Shown piece after piece: positions 38,321 through 48,192 of a stretch of DNA of 64,000 nt. The stretch spans positions 130,625 through 194,624 of the forward strand of contig CAWELA010000003.1 of NCBI GenBank assembly GCA_963809885.1, read 5' to 3'. Each line of letters begins with the position of its first letter. The first letter of the stretch is position 1. The position numbers and the translations under genes were made by a program. Under the pieces are notes generated by a model, which saw only the letters and a list, made by a program, of their open reading frames with translations, had not been told where the DNA came from and searched no databases. Source of the stretch: an uncultured Acidimicrobiia bacterium. Its GTDB lineage: Bacteria; Actinomycetota; Acidimicrobiia; IMCC26256; PALSA-555.

Positions 38321-39462
38321 GTGAAGTACACGGTCATCTCGGTCGACGACCACCTCGTCGAGCCGCCCCACATGTTCGAGGGCCGCCTGCCTGCTGCCCT
38401 GCAGGAGCGCGCTCCGAAGGTCGTCGTGACCGAGCAGGGGCACGAGGTCTGGGAGTTCGAGGGCGAGCGCCACTTCCAGGTCGGGCAGAACGCCGTCGCG
38501 GGTCGTCGGCCGGAGACGGTCAAGATCGAGCCGTTCCGCTTCGATCAGATGCGGCCGGGTTGCTACGACCCGGACGCGCGCGTCCGCGACATGGACACCG
38601 GCGGCATCTGGGCGTCGCTCAACTTCCCGTCGATGATCACCGGCTTCTGCGGGCGCGTGCTACTCACAGGCCAAGGACCGCGACCTCGGATTCGCCGTCA
38701 CGCAGGCGTGGAACGACTGGATGTTCGAGGAGTGGTGGGGCGCGCATCCCGAGCGCTTCATCCCGCTCGGGATCACCGACCTCGCCGACGCCGAGCGCGG
38801 TGCGGCGGAGATCCGGCGCAACGCCGATCGCGGCTTCACCTCGATCTCGCTCCCCGAGCGACCCCATCGCATCGGGTTCCCGTCGATCTTCGACGACCAC
38901 TGGGAGCCCATCATCCGCGCCTGCGCGGAGACCGGCACCGTGATCAGCCTGCACGTGGGTTCGTCCGGCATGGCCGACTTCCCGGCCGGCTGTCCGCCGT
39001 TGCAGCTGGGAGCGACGCTGTTCGGCCAGCTGTCGCTGACCGCGTGTGCCGAGTGGGTGTGGTCCGCGTGGGCCGTGAGAGTACCCCGAGCTGAAGATCG
39101 CGATGTCCGAGGGTGGGATCGGCTGGGTCGCGATGCTCATCGACCGGCTCGACAACATCGTCGACCGGTCGGGATACGGACTCGAGGGGTTCGACGGCTT
39201 GCGACCGGCCGACGTGCTGCGTCGGAACTTCTGGTTCTGCACGATCGACGACCCGTCGACGATCGACACCCGGTACACGATCGGTGTCGACAACATCATG
39301 GTGGAGGTCGACTACCCCCACGGCGACGGCACATGGCCCGACACCCAGAGCGTGATCGAGCGGTACTGGGGCCACCTGCCCGTCGAGGAGCTCCGCAAGC
39401 TGACCCACGAGAACGCGGCCGCGCTCTACCGGCATCCGCTGCCCGCGACACTGTTGCCGTGA
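38321..39462 (+). pseudogene. amidohydrolase-2 (ACMSD/PF04909-like metal-dependent hydrolase), two frame disruptions
   Basis: GTG 38321: MKYTVISVDDHLVEPPHMFEGRLPAALQERAPKVV...MRPGCYDPDARVRDMDTGGIWASLNFPSMITGFCGRV | YSQAKDRDLGFAVTQAWNDWMFEEWWGAHPERFIPLGI...GFTSISLPERPH...VISLHVGSSG...WSAWAVR | YPELKIAMSEGGIGWVAMLIDRLD...VEVDYPHGDGTWPDT...LTHENAAALY. Shifts lie near 38661 and 39079. It is a paralogue of 60504..61790. Confidence 0.8.
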
Positions 39463-40567
39463 CCGAACCGCGTCGCCCGCTCGACCTCGAGCCGTCTCGC
39501 GCCGAGATCGAGGCCGTCGCGCGCGGCATCGCGACGGCGGTCGCGCCGTCGACCGGGATCACCGACGTCCAGGCGGCGCTGCTCCGAGCGGTGACCACCG
39601 CGGTCACCGAGGTCGAGATCGACTACACCGCGCTCGAGCCGCTCGGTCCCGACGAGCTCGCCGCGGTGTTGGCCGAGCACAGCCCTGCGTACCGCCAGCG
39701 CATCGTGCAGCACATGGTCCTCGCCGAGCTGGTGCTCGCGCCGCTGCCGGGGGACGTAGCGGTCACGGGTCGCCGAGGCCGCGGCAGCCCTCGACGTCGA
39801 CGACGACTTCGTCCGGGTCGCCCGTCGGTACGCGAAGGGTGCGCTCGGGCTGGCGTGGGTCGATCTCCAGCGTGGTGGGTTCCTCGACCGGTGGGACGAG
39901 ACCCGCTCCGAGCCGTTGCACACGAAGGCCGCCCTCGCCGACCCGTTCGAGGATGCCTTGGTCGATCCGGAGCTGGAGGCCCGTTGGCAGGCGTTCTTCG
40001 ACCTCCCGAGAGGGGACGCTCGGACGCACGGTCGCTGACGATGTACCAGGATCGCGGCTTCCAGCTGCCGGGATCGCGCGGCGCTGCATCGGCGTACCTG
40101 GCGCAGCACGATTTCGTGCACGTGCTCGCCGAGTACGGCACCGACCATGGAGTGCGGAGCTCGAGGTGTTCGGGTTCCTGGGCCGCGCCGATCCCGACCC
40201 GAAGGGCTTCGCGTGGCTGGCCACCATGATCGGCCTCTTCGACACCGGCCACGTCCCCGAACAGGGGCCCTTCGCCGCGAACGTGCGCGAGCGCCATCTG
40301 CACTCGCCGGGGATGGACGTCCGTCTCGCCGACGCGATCCGGCGCGGCAAGGTCGTCTGCGAGACCTACGGCGTCGATCTGTTCACGGTCGACTATCACG
40401 CGCTGGCGGATCGGCCCATCGTCGAAGTGCGCGACATGCTCGGGATCCCGCCGAAGTCCGAGGCTGCGATCGCGGCCGGCTCACCGGGTCCGTTCGACCC
40501 GGCCGGGATGTCGGAGTTCCAACGGGCTGCCGGCGCCGCGGCGCGGGCGGCCGGGTCGCCGGCGTGA
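39459..40567 (+). pseudogene. conserved hypothetical protein, possibly Coq4-like (HDxxH...E motif); about four frame disruptions
   Basis: GTG 39459 forms a GTGA overlap: VTEPRRPLDLEPSRAEIEAVARGIATAVAPSTGITDVQAALLRAV...IVQHMVLAELVLAPLPGDVA | RVAEAAAALDVDDDFVRVARRYAKGALGLAWVDLQRGGFLDRWDE...EARWQAFFDLP | EGTLGRTVAD | MYQDRGFQLPGSRGAASAYLAQHDFVHVLAEYGTD | AELEVFGFLGRADPDPKGFAWLATMIGLFDTGHVP...DLFTVDYHALADRPIVEVRDMLGIPP. Shifts lie near 39767, 40008, 40038 and 40150. Confidence 0.35.
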
Positions 40568-40631
40568 CTGTCACCCGGCACCTCGCTGCCGCACACACCT
40601 CGGTGGCCGGGACGACTCGGGTCGGCGCCGC

Positions 40632-41852
40632 ATGATGCAGGAGCGGGGAGAGGATGCAGCGAACGTGCTCGCCGAGCTCGACGCGCGGCAGGCGAAGGAG
40701 CCCGACGTCCATGGTGCCCGGCTCTTCGGCCTCGTGTACCCGACCGGCCGACACGACGTCGAGGACCTCGTCCTCGAGGTGCACCGTCGCTACCTCTTCG
40801 GGAACGCTCTGAACCCGTTCAAGTTCCCGGAGCTGGCCGCACTCGAGACCGAGGTCGTCGCCGGTGTCGGCACGCTCGTCAACCTCCCCGAGGGCGGCGG
40901 CGGGGCCATGACCTCGGGCGGTACCGAGTCCATCCTGATGTCGATGCTCGTGAACCGTGAGCGGGCGCGTGCCCGAGGCGTCGAGCGGCCCCAGATCCTC
41001 GCCCCGATCTCGGCTCATCCTGCCTATGCGAAGGCGGCCCACTACTTCGGGCTCGAGGTCGTGCGGGTCCCGCTCGACGCCCACTACCGCGCCGATGTCG
41101 ATGCCGCGGCCAGCCTCATCTCCGCGGACACGGCGGTCGTCGTGGCGTCGGCCTTCTCGTACCCGCACGGTGTGATGGATCCCGTCACCGAGCTCGCGGC
41201 GTTGGCCGCGGAGCACGGTGCCGGGTGTCATGTCGACGCGTGCATCGGCGGGTTCATGCTGCCGTTCCTCGAACGGATCGGTGTCGAGGTGCCGCCCTGG
41301 GACTTCCGCGTCCCGGGCGTCACCGAGATCTCCGCCGACGTGCACAAGTACGGCTACGTCCCCAAGGGCGCGTCGACGGTGCTACATCGCGACGACGACT
41401 GGTTCGGACACCAGGCGTTCCTGTACGACCAGTGGCCGGCCGGCCTCTATGGATCACCTGCCATCGCCGGGGCCCGCCCCGCGGCGCCCATCGCGACCGC
41501 GTGGGCGGTGATGACCTACCTCGGCATCGAGGGCTACACCGAGATCGTGCGCGACCTGATGGCGACCGTGTCCGAGGTCCGTGCCGCGATCGACGCGATG
41601 CCCGGGATCGAGATCGTCGGCGAGCCGATCGGACCGGTGCTCGCGCTGCGATCCGACTCGATCGACCTGTACGCGGTCGGGGACGTGATGGATGACCGCG
41701 GCTGGAACCTCAACCGCAACACGGAGCCGCCCGGGCTGCACGTGATGCTGTCACCCGCGCACGGCGCCGTCGTCGGGCGGCTCATCGAGGACCTCACCGA
41801 TGCCGTGCGCAACCACGGTGCGTCGCGCGGCAAGGAGATCCGCTACTCCTAG
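40632..41852 (+). CDS. PLP-dependent decarboxylase (group II; sphingosine-1-phosphate-lyase/glutamate-decarboxylase-like)
   Basis: Intact 406-aa ORF: ...GGGGAMTSGGTESILMSMLVNRE...AHPAYAKAAHYFGLEV...HVDACIGGFMLPF...EISADVHKYGYVPKGAS (PLP lysine in HK). Confidence 0.8.
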   Translation: MMQERGEDAANVLAELDARQAKEPDVHGARLFGLVYPTGRHDVEDLVLEVHRRYLFGNALNPFKFPELAALETEVVAGVGTLVNLPEGGGGAMTSGGTESILMSMLVNRERARARGVERPQILAPISAHPAYAKAAHYFGLEVVRVPLDAHYRADVDAAASLISADTAVVVASAFSYPHGVMDPVTELAALAAEHGAGCHVDACIGGFMLPFLERIGVEVPPWDFRVPGVTEISADVHKYGYVPKGASTVLHRDDDWFGHQAFLYDQWPAGLYGSPAIAGARPAAPIATAWAVMTYLGIEGYTEIVRDLMATVSEVRAAIDAMPGIEIVGEPIGPVLALRSDSIDLYAVGDVMDDRGWNLNRNTEPPGLHVMLSPAHGAVVGRLIEDLTDAVRNHGASRGKEIRYS

Positions 41853-42450
41853 CTGGCGACCGCCTGGCAGGACGGCTCGGCAGCGAACGCGGTGACGAGC
41901 GCTGCTGGCGTCCGTGTCGCGTGCCGTGGAGAACGCGGCCTGGATGCTCTCGAGCCCCGACTCGACCGCGTCCTGCGCTCCGCGGACCGCGGCGGTGAAG
42001 GTCGCGGCTGTCGGCCGGGTCGGCGCTCGCGAGCGACCGCTTCGCGCCCTTCAGCGAGCTCTGCACCTGCCGGAAGCCCTCGTTGACCGTCGCAGCGATC
42101 TGCTTGCCACCCGCGACCTTCGGCTTGCCGGCATTCGCGAGCTTCGCCCGCAGCTTCGCGGTCTCCTTCGCGGTGCGGGTCAGCATCGCGGTGAGGGCCT
42201 TCTTCGTCGCGGCCGCGGTCGTCGGGCTCGCGTCGGCGGCCTTCGACGATGCGTTGTCGACGGCCCCGACCCAGGCGTCGAGCGCGCCGCACACCGACTT
42301 GGCCCACGGTCCCGGGGCCGTCGCCGGCACCGACTCCCGGGTGTCGGCGCTTGCGGTCGTGGCCGGGACGGCCGCGGCGAGGGTCCCGCAGAGGACGGTC
42401 GCGGCGAGGATCCGGGCCGAGTGGCGGCGGTGGCAGTCAGATCGGCTCAC
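41849..42450 (-). pseudogene. secreted hypothetical protein (signal peptide), two frame disruptions
   Basis: GTG 42450: VSRSDCHRRHSARILAATVLCGTLAAAVPATTASADTRESVPATAPGPWAKSVCGALDAWVGAVDNASSK...AGGKQIAATVNEGFRQVQSSLKGAKRSLASADPADSR | TFTAAVRGAQDAVESGLESIQAAFSTARDTDA | PAALVTAFAAEPSCQAVAS, then stop at 41849. Shifts lie near 42005 and 41905. Confidence 0.5.
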
Positions 42451-42567
42451 GGCGTGGCACGCTACCCGCCCGACCCCCGGTCGCCACGAGTCGGCCGCAA
42501 CCGGCCCGGTTTGACTCGACCCCGGCCGGTCGCCCCAGACTGGCCGCCGCCTTCGAAGGAGCTCTGC

Positions 42568-43095
42568 GTGCGCCGTCGGCTCGTGCTCGGGATCGTGATG
42601 ACTGCCGCCGTGGTCGTGCTCGCGGCCTCCGCTGCGATGGGCGCGACCGGCGACGACACCGTCTCCCTCGCGACGGTCGACCCCGCGGCCGGGCCGTCGG
42701 GCACGGAGGTGGCCTTCACGCTCGCCGGGACCGACGACGCGGGCGTCTCGGAGTGCCTCACGTCGAGCGCCTACCGCCTCGAGTTCCTCGCGCCCGACGG
42801 AGTGCTCGCCGCGACGGGTGGTGACACGGTCGCGGTCCCGGCGGACGCGCAGGCTGGCGACGCCTCCATCCGGCTCGTCTGCTACGTCCCTGACGCCACC
42901 GGGCGGCGTGTGATCCACGGCTTGTGCGGCCGCTTCGTCGTGACCGAGCCCGGAGCAGTCGTGCCGCCGGCCGGAGCGGCGGCGATCGCGTGCGCAGCGA
43001 CGCCGCGGTTGGCCCTGAGCCAGTCGGTCATCGCCGTCGAGCGCGCGATCTCGGAGGCGTTCAACCCGATCCTCGCGGCGCCACTCACGGGCTGA
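42568..43095 (+). CDS. secreted hypothetical protein
   Basis: GAAGGAG lies 6 nt before GTG 42568: VRRRLVLGIVMTAAVVVLAASAAMGATGDDTVSLATVDPAAGPSGTEVAFTLAGTDDAGVSECL...IRLVCYVPDATGRRVIHGLCGRFVVTEPG. It has a signal peptide and four Cys residues. Intact. Confidence 0.5.
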   Translation: MRRRLVLGIVMTAAVVVLAASAAMGATGDDTVSLATVDPAAGPSGTEVAFTLAGTDDAGVSECLTSSAYRLEFLAPDGVLAATGGDTVAVPADAQAGDASIRLVCYVPDATGRRVIHGLCGRFVVTEPGAVVPPAGAAAIACAATPRLALSQSVIAVERAISEAFNPILAAPLTG

Positions 43096-43156
43096 GGGGG
43101 AGCGTCCCCCGGCTGCGTCACCCTCGCGAGGCTCGTCCGACGGGCAGAATGACCCG

Positions 43157-43777
43157 ATGGAGGAGGCGGGGATCCTGCTGTTCGCGTTCTTCGTCGGCGC
43201 GATCCCCTTCTCGAACCTCGTCGCCAAGAGAACGCGCGGCGTCGACCTGCGGACCACCGGCTCGGGCACGGTGTCCGGCACCTCCGTCTACCGCGTTGCC
43301 GGCTTCCGATGGCTCGTGGTGTCCGGGATCCTCGACGTGGCGAAGGGCACCGTCGGTCCGCTCCTCGCCGGTTCGGGGCGTCCGACGCTCGCCGCGTTCG
43401 CCGGCGGCCTCGCGGTCGCCGGGCACGACTGGTCCCCGTTCCTGAAGGGGCACGGTGGGCGTGGAGTCGGCCCGGCCGTCGGAGCGCTGCTGATCAACGC
43501 GTGGCCCGGGGTGGTCGTGCTCCTCGGCTGCATGGTCGTCGCGCGCGCCTTCCGCGAGACCGGGCTCGGCGGCTTCATCGGTGAGGTGCTGCTCGCACCC
43601 GTGCTCGCCGTCACGAACGGACCCGCGGGCGCGCTCGCCGGAGGTGCGGTGGCGCTCCCGATGCTGGTGAAGCGGATCATCGGCAACGAACGACCGCAGA
43701 CGCCGGGTTGGCACGTGTACCTGCACCGCCTGCTGTACGACCGCGATCCCGGCGAGCCAGATCTGTCCAAGCCGTGA
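43157..43777 (+). CDS. plsY: PlsY-family glycerol-3-phosphate acyltransferase homologue (divergent motif 1)
   Basis: Intact 206-aa ORF: MEEAGILLFAFFVGAIPFSNLVAKR...DLRTTGSGTVSGTSVYR (GSGNxGxTN-like with N replaced by T) ...ILDVAKGTVGPLL ...VAGHDWSPFLKGHGGRGVG. Confidence 0.6.
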   Translation: MEEAGILLFAFFVGAIPFSNLVAKRTRGVDLRTTGSGTVSGTSVYRVAGFRWLVVSGILDVAKGTVGPLLAGSGRPTLAAFAGGLAVAGHDWSPFLKGHGGRGVGPAVGALLINAWPGVVVLLGCMVVARAFRETGLGGFIGEVLLAPVLAVTNGPAGALAGGAVALPMLVKRIIGNERPQTPGWHVYLHRLLYDRDPGEPDLSKP

Positions 43778-44995
43778 GCGTCCGGGAGCTGCTCCGCCGC
43801 CGCGGCTTCCGCGATCTGCTGGTCGGGCAGGGCGTGTCGGGGCTCGGCGACTGGATGGGCACCGTCGCCTTCATGGCGCTCGCGCTCGAGCTCACGGGTT
43901 CGCCGACCGCCGTCGGCGGGATCCTCACGCTTCGATTACTCCCCGCCGCGCTCGGCGGCCCCCTCGCGACGCCGCGCCGTCATGCACTGGGACCGTCGCC
44001 GAACGATGCTCGCGATGGATGCGCTGCGCGCCGCGGTGATCGCCGCGGTGCCGTTCATCCGCGCGATCTGGTGGGTGTACATGTGCGCGTTCCTCCTGGA
44101 GGTTGCGAGTCTCGTGTTCCTCCCGGCGCGGGACTCGTCGATCCCCGACCTCGTCGAGACCGAGGACTTCTCCCTCGCGAACGGGCTCGTGCTCGGGTCG
44201 TCGTACGGCACGATCCCGCTCGGCGCCGGGCTCTTCGCCGCGGTCGCGGCGCTCCCGTTCTCCGAGCTCTTCGGACGCCCGTTCGCGCTCGTCTTCTGGA
44301 TCGACGCGGGGACCTTCCTCGTCTCGTTCCTCTTCATCACCCGCCTCCACATGCTCGCCGCGTCCGACGACTCGCTCGTGCCCGAGGACGTGCGCTTCCT
44401 CGATGCGTTCAAGCTGCCGCTCGTCCGAGCGGTCATGCCGGCGTGCGCGGCGGTCGCGCTCGGGCTGGGCGCGCTGTTCTCGCTCGGGATCGTGTTCGTG
44501 CGGGAGGTCCTGCACGCGTCGGACGCGGAGTTCGGCGTCCTCATCGCGCTCTTCGGGATCGGTGCCGCGGCCGGCCTCGGGGTCCTGTACGTGCGGCGCG
44601 GACACGATCCGCTCACCGAGACGCGGCTCGGTGTCGCCGTGATCGGCGGGGTGGTGGCGGTGTTCAGCCTGGTGGGGTCGGTGGCCTTCGCGTTCCTCGG
44701 TGCGACCGCGTTCGGAGCGGCGGCCGCGTTCACCCTCTCGTCGGGGATGGGGGCGCTCCAGTCCCGGCTCGACGGCCACGAGCGGGTGCTCGCGTTCGCG
44801 GCGTTCCACGTGGTGATCCGACTGGGCCTCGGCCTCGCCGCGATCGGCGCCGGGCTGGCCGGTGACCTCCTCGGGGACGTGACCTGGCCCTGGGTGGGCC
44901 AGCTCGAGCCGTCGCGGGTGGTCCTGCTCTCGTCGGGTCTCCTGGTGATCATGTCGTCGGCCCTCGTCCGAGTGCGCGAGAGTCCTGCTCCATGA
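43774..44995 (+). pseudogene. MFS transporter, one frame disruption
   Basis: GTG 43774 forms a GTGA overlap with the plsY stop: VSVRELLRRRGFRDLLVGQGVSGLGDWMGTVAFMALALELTGSPTAVGGILTLRLLPAALGGPLAT. A shift lies near 43970. It continues RAVMHWDRRRTMLAMDALRAAVIAAVPF...12-TM-type hydrophobic profile to 44995 (ORF 43982..44995). Confidence 0.7.
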
Positions 44996-45830
44996 CCGTC
45001 GCGATCGTCACCGACAGCGCCGCGGCGCTCCGCCGCGAGCTGGTGACCCGGCACGGGATCATCGTGGTCCCGATGTGGCTGACCATCCGCGGGCGAGCCC
45101 GAGCTCGAGGGCGAACGCCCCCTGCAGGAGCTCGTGGACGAGGAGCAGGTCACGACGTCGGCGCCGACGCCCGGCGAGTTCGAGGGCGCGATCAAGGACT
45201 CGCTGCGAGCCCACGACTCGGCCCTCGTGCTGACGATCGCGTCGTCGATGAGCGCGACCTACCAGTCGGCGATCGTCGCGGCGCACTCGGTCGGGGGTGA
45301 GGTGCGCGTCATCGACACCGCGAACGCCGGGGGCGCCGAGGCGCTGGTGGTGCTCGCCGCCGCGGAGGCCGCTGGACATGGCGCGTCGGTCGACGAGGTC
45401 GAGGAGCGAGCCCGAACCGTGATCGAGCGGGTGCGTCTCGTCGCGACGCTGTCGTCGCTCGATCACCTGGTGCGCAGCGGCCGGGTCCCGGGGATCGCGG
45501 GATGGGCAGGACGTCGGCTGGGGATCAACCCACTGTTCGAGTTCCGCGGCGGCAAGGTGCTCCGACTGCGGCCCGCACTGAGCCAGGACGCGGCCCTCGA
45601 CCGCATCGTCGCGATGGTGCGGCGGACCCGGCCCGACGACGCCGTGGGCGACGCCGCGGCTCCATGTGGCCGCATTGCACGCGCTCGCGGTCGGGACGGC
45701 CGAGGCGCTGCGCGCTCGGGTGCACGAGTTCGCGCCGGCGACGGAGTTCGTCGGGGAGTTCGGGCCGGTGATGGTCGTGCACACCGGTGCTGGGCTCGCC
45801 GGCCTCGCCTGGTGGTGGGAGCCCCGCTGA
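44992..45830 (+). pseudogene. DegV family (fatty-acid-binding, FakB-like) protein, two frame disruptions
   Basis: ATG 44992 forms an ATGA overlap with the MFS stop: MTVAIVTDSAAALRRELVTRHGIIVVPMWLTI | AGEPELEGERPLQELVDEEQVTTSAPTPGEFEGAIKDSL...ALVLTIASSMSATYQSAIVAA...VRVIDTANAGGAEALVVL...LVATLSSLDHLVRSGRV...RRLGINPLFEFRGGKV...DDAVGD | PRLHVAALHALAVGTAEALRARV...FGPVMVVHTGAGLAGLAWWWEPR, then stop at 45828-45830. Shifts lie near 45088 and 45652. Confidence 0.75.
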
Positions 45831-45874
45831 CCCACCCGGCCCCCGGGGGTGTCTCTCACCCGGCTCCGCCCTGG

Positions 45875-46606
45875 TCAGGGACGCAGGTCCAGGATCTCGT
45901 CGATCGCGCGGCGGATCGGCTCGATCGACGGGGCCTCGAACGCGTGTCCCATCTCGTCGACGACCTCGAGCCGAGACGGGTCGCGAGCCGCGGCGGCAAG
46001 GACCCTCGCGTCCGCGACCGGGATGAACGGGTCGGCGTTGCCGTGCACGATGGTGAGCGGGACACCGACCGCGCCGACGAGGTCGACGGGCGGCGCGGGG
46101 CGGGGCGCGGGACGCGCGATCCGCACCCCGACATAGCGCCGGGCGGCCCAGCGCCCCGGCGGCGTGTGCGTCATGAGAGCCGACGCGAGTCCACGTGAGT
46201 TGCGGGGCAGCCGCCAGCGCGCCGGGCAGCTCACGGTGACGACACCGGTCACGCGCCCCGGTGCACCCGCCGCGTACCGCAGTGCCGCGATGGCGCCCAC
46301 CGACGCGCCGACGAGCACGACGGGTTCGGCGTCGACCGAGTCGACTGCCGCCGCGACGTCCAACCGCTCCAGGTCGCCGAGTGTGGCCTCGCCCCCCGAT
46401 GTGCCGTGGCCTCGGGCGTCGTATCCCACCACCGTGATGCCCCTTGCCGTCAGGTGCTCCGCGACGGCGACCACCTTCTCCTCGGTGCTCGACGCCGCGA
46501 ACCCGTGGACGAGCACCACCGTCGCTCGCGACCTGCCCTGCGGGGACCAGCGCCGCGCGCTGAGCCGGACGTCGTCGGCGGTGACGAGGTCGAAGGTCTC
46601 GGTCAC
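45875..46606 (-). CDS. alpha/beta hydrolase
   Basis: GTG 46606 forms a GTGA overlap with the cysQ stop: VTETFDLVTADDVRLSARRWSPQGRSRATVVLVHGFAASS...GYDARGHGTSGG...VVLVGASVGAIAAL (GxSxG) ...IVHGNADPFI...DEMGHAF. Intact. Confidence 0.75.
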   Translation of the reverse strand: MTETFDLVTADDVRLSARRWSPQGRSRATVVLVHGFAASSTEEKVVAVAEHLTARGITVVGYDARGHGTSGGEATLGDLERLDVAAAVDSVDAEPVVLVGASVGAIAALRYAAGAPGRVTGVVTVSCPARWRLPRNSRGLASALMTHTPPGRWAARRYVGVRIARPAPRPAPPVDLVGAVGVPLTIVHGNADPFIPVADARVLAAAARDPSRLEVVDEMGHAFEAPSIEPIRRAIDEILDLRP

Positions 46607-47346
46607 GACGCCGCGGCCGCGAGCACGGCCTCGGCGAGCTCGGGACGACAGACGATGAGATCGGGGAGCCACGGATCGCGCCGGTTGTAGACGAGCGGTG
46701 ATCCATCGAGCCGGGAGACGTGGAAGCCGGACGCCGCGGCGACTGCCGCTGGCGCGGCCGAGTCCCACTCGTACTGGCCGCCCGCGTGCACGTAGGCGTC
46801 GACCTGACCGTCGACGACCGCCATCGCCTTTGCCCCGGCTGAACCCATCCCGACGAGCTCGGCGTCGAGCGCGTCGGCGACCCGCCGCGCCGCGGCAGGA
46901 GGACGCGACCGACTCACCACGACGCGCAGCTGCCGTCTGTCGTTGGACGGGATGGCCGACGGCTCGCCGGTCCACAGCACGCGATCCTGCGCCGGGAGCG
47001 CGACCGCTCCCGCGACGAGTCCCTTTCCACTGACCCACAGCGCGACGTGTACGGCCCAGTCGGTACGCCCCGCCTCCGTGAACTCACGCGTGCCGTCGAG
47101 TGGATCCACGATCCAGACCCGGTCGGCCTCGAGGCGCCGGGGGTCGTCGGCCGACTCCTCCGACAGGACGCGGTCCTCGCCGTGCTCCGCGGCGAGCAGC
47201 TCGAGCAGACGGCGGTTCGCGAGCACGTCGCCGGCATCCCCGAGCGACCAACGGGCGAGCTCGGCACTTGCTCCCTGTTCGCGCAACCGGAGCAGCACTG
47301 CGCCCGCCTCGGTCGCGTATCGGGCGGCGTCGTCGTGGTCCGTCAT
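46603..47346 (-). CDS. cysQ: inositol-monophosphatase-superfamily 3'(2'),5'-bisphosphate nucleotidase (CysQ-like)
   Basis: Intact 247-aa ORF: ...VLSEESADD...VWIVDPLDGTREF...DWAVHVAL...GSAGAKAMAVVDG...EWDSAAPAAVA (EE...DPxDGT...WD motifs). Confidence 0.7.
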   Translation of the reverse strand: MTDHDDAARYATEAGAVLLRLREQGASAELARWSLGDAGDVLANRRLLELLAAEHGEDRVLSEESADDPRRLEADRVWIVDPLDGTREFTEAGRTDWAVHVALWVSGKGLVAGAVALPAQDRVLWTGEPSAIPSNDRRQLRVVVSRSRPPAAARRVADALDAELVGMGSAGAKAMAVVDGQVDAYVHAGGQYEWDSAAPAAVAAASGFHVSRLDGSPLVYNRRDPWLPDLIVCRPELAEAVLAAAAS

Positions 47347-47462
47347 GGCCCGGGCATTCTGTCCGACGGATGGCCTTGGCCGCGGATTGGTGCCGGCTTC
47401 ATCGGCCGCTCACACGGGTGCCGTTCTCTGGGGTACGTACCCCGAGGAGAGGAATCCCCAAG

Positions 47463-47951
47463 ATGAACACCTCAGCCAAGAAGATGCTCGCCACCGTCAC
47501 GGCTGCCGGTCTGCTGAGTCTCGGCGCGACCGGCGTCGGGTTCGCGGCCGAGAACGGCCCCGACAGCGGTTCGAACGACAAGCCGCCCGCGGCCCAGGAG
47601 CAGGGATCGGCCCACGGCACCCGCCGGGGTGTCCGTCGGGCGGCGATCAAGACCGCTGCGGAAGCCGCGGCCGCGACCATCGGCGTCGAGGTCTCCGACC
47701 TCAAGACCGCGGTCACGGGCGGTCAGACGGTCGGTGCGTTCGCAGCGTCGAAGGACGTGTCGGCCGAGAGCGTGGTGGCTGCCGTCGCCAAGGCGCTGAA
47801 CGACCGCGTCGACCAGGCCGTCACCGACGGCAAGGTCACCGCCGAACGCGCCACGAAGGCGAAGGAGCGGATCCCCGAGCTCGCCGATCGCTTCGTCAAC
47901 ACGGTGCCGAAGCGCTTCCAGACGGCGACCCCGGCCCCGTCGGACGGCTGA
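47463..47951 (+). CDS. secreted hypothetical protein
   Basis: GAGGAGAGGA lies upstream of ATG 47463: MNTSAKKMLATVTAAGLLSLGATGVGFAAENGPDSG... (signal peptide), then an Ala/Lys-rich helical region. Intact to 47951. Confidence 0.5.
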   Translation: MNTSAKKMLATVTAAGLLSLGATGVGFAAENGPDSGSNDKPPAAQEQGSAHGTRRGVRRAAIKTAAEAAAATIGVEVSDLKTAVTGGQTVGAFAASKDVSAESVVAAVAKALNDRVDQAVTDGKVTAERATKAKERIPELADRFVNTVPKRFQTATPAPSDG

Positions 47952-48016
47952 CCGCCGCCGTCCCGCTCCGACGCCCTGCTCCCGGGACGGCCCCCGGGGG
48001 TGGCAGTTCCCGCCGC

Positions 48017-48052
48017 ACGACGCCCGCCGGGGTCCACCCCGGCGGGCGTCGT
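48017..48052 (+). terminator. intrinsic-terminator-like hairpin (16-bp perfect GC-rich stem, 4-nt loop)
   Basis: ACGACGCCCGCCGGGG-tcca-CCCCGGCGGGCGTCGT, with every pair checked by hand. It lies 65 nt after the stop at 47951. There is no U-tract, which is common in GC-rich actinobacteria. Confidence 0.55.
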
Positions 48053-48192
48053 CGCGCCCGGGCTTCCGCGCGCGGCGGCACCGTCTACTACCGTCCGCCT
48101 GAGCCGCTGGCCTGTCGACCGAGGCGGCCCCATCGCCGAGAACGGCCCCGAGCCAAGCCTCCGAGCCGATCGCACCCCGAGGGGACCTTTCC

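Noticed and set aside
45838-45850. CCCCCGGGGG palindrome between convergent degV and hydrolase genes as a bidirectional terminator
   Set aside because: A 10-nt self-complementary run has no loop and makes a very short stem. That is insufficient to call a terminator.
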